Assembly: GCA_003693705.1 (NCBI GenBank)
Contig: RBZT01000337.1
Coordinates: forward strand, 1-64,000
Direction: 5' to 3'
DNA from: Polymyxa betae A26-41
Lineage: Eukaryota; Protista; Endomyxa: Phytomyxea
DNA: 64,000 nucleotides
This document shows, piece after piece, positions 63,901 through 64,000 of this stretch. The position numbers were made by a program, and so were the translations under genes. The notes under the pieces are model-generated. The model was not told the DNA's origin, did no database searches, and saw only the letters and a list, made by a program, of their open reading frames with translations. Numbering within the stretch: position 1 is the first letter of the stretch; each line of letters opens with the position of its first letter.

Positions 63901-64000
63901 TTGGGGTCCTCAAGATAATGAGCTTTTCGTTCAGGGAAGATTTCGTGAAGCTTCTCTTCGTCTGAAAAAGCAGCAGGTCGAGATTTAGCGCTGTGGCCTA
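60934..64000 (-). CDS. Set2/ASH1-family histone H3K36 methyltransferase (AWS-SET-postSET); 5' end at or beyond window edge
   Basis: AWS CECP...CGSCCINRLTHVEC...CTNQRFQK. SET IDATRRGNIGRFCNHSCEP...EVTMDYNF. Post-SET CLCGAESCRGFL. The long disordered N-terminal exon is open to the edge. Confidence 0.88.

Noticed and set aside
20835-64000. Apparent cluster of chromatin genes (SGF29, chromodomain protein, SET enzyme)
   Set aside because: Spread over >40 kb among unrelated housekeeping genes, consistent with chance.
1-64000. tRNA, rRNA or spliceosomal snRNA genes; alternative genetic code
   Set aside because: No diagnostic motifs recognised by eye (not a substitute for tRNAscan/Infernal). TAA, TAG and TGA all terminate conserved genes here.

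Overview
Compact, intron-rich eukaryotic DNA: about 45% GC by eye, mostly 45-60 nt GT-AG introns, short intergenic spacers. Secreted hevein/CBM18 proteins and the gene architecture suggest a protist such as a phytomyxean/plasmodiophorid (inference only). The ORF track is fragmented by introns, so I stitched the gene models by hand and their ends are approximate. The first 17.3 kb is one giant (~5,000 aa in-window, 5' end outside) single-pass surface protein. It has mucin repeats, a duplicated block of unrecognised helical modules, a Cys-rich region, FN3 domains, a REJ/PKD module, a degenerate GPS-like motif, a SEA-like domain with an intact G-SVIV site, a TM helix and a P/Q/V tail. It is followed by Puf6/PUM3, SGF29, a protein of 8 tandem cNMP-binding domains, MAEA/GID9, a secreted CBM18 protein, an EXD3/MUT-7-like exonuclease, CLASP, COG2, HGH1, a chromodomain protein, a TMEM242-like protein, a GPI-anchored degenerate-hevein protein, PA200/Blm10, a GFAT whose catalytic Cys sits behind a 38-aa presequence, RPL31 and a Set2/ASH1-type methyltransferase running off the window end. 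A few degraded gene-like or TE-like relics lie in the larger spacers.
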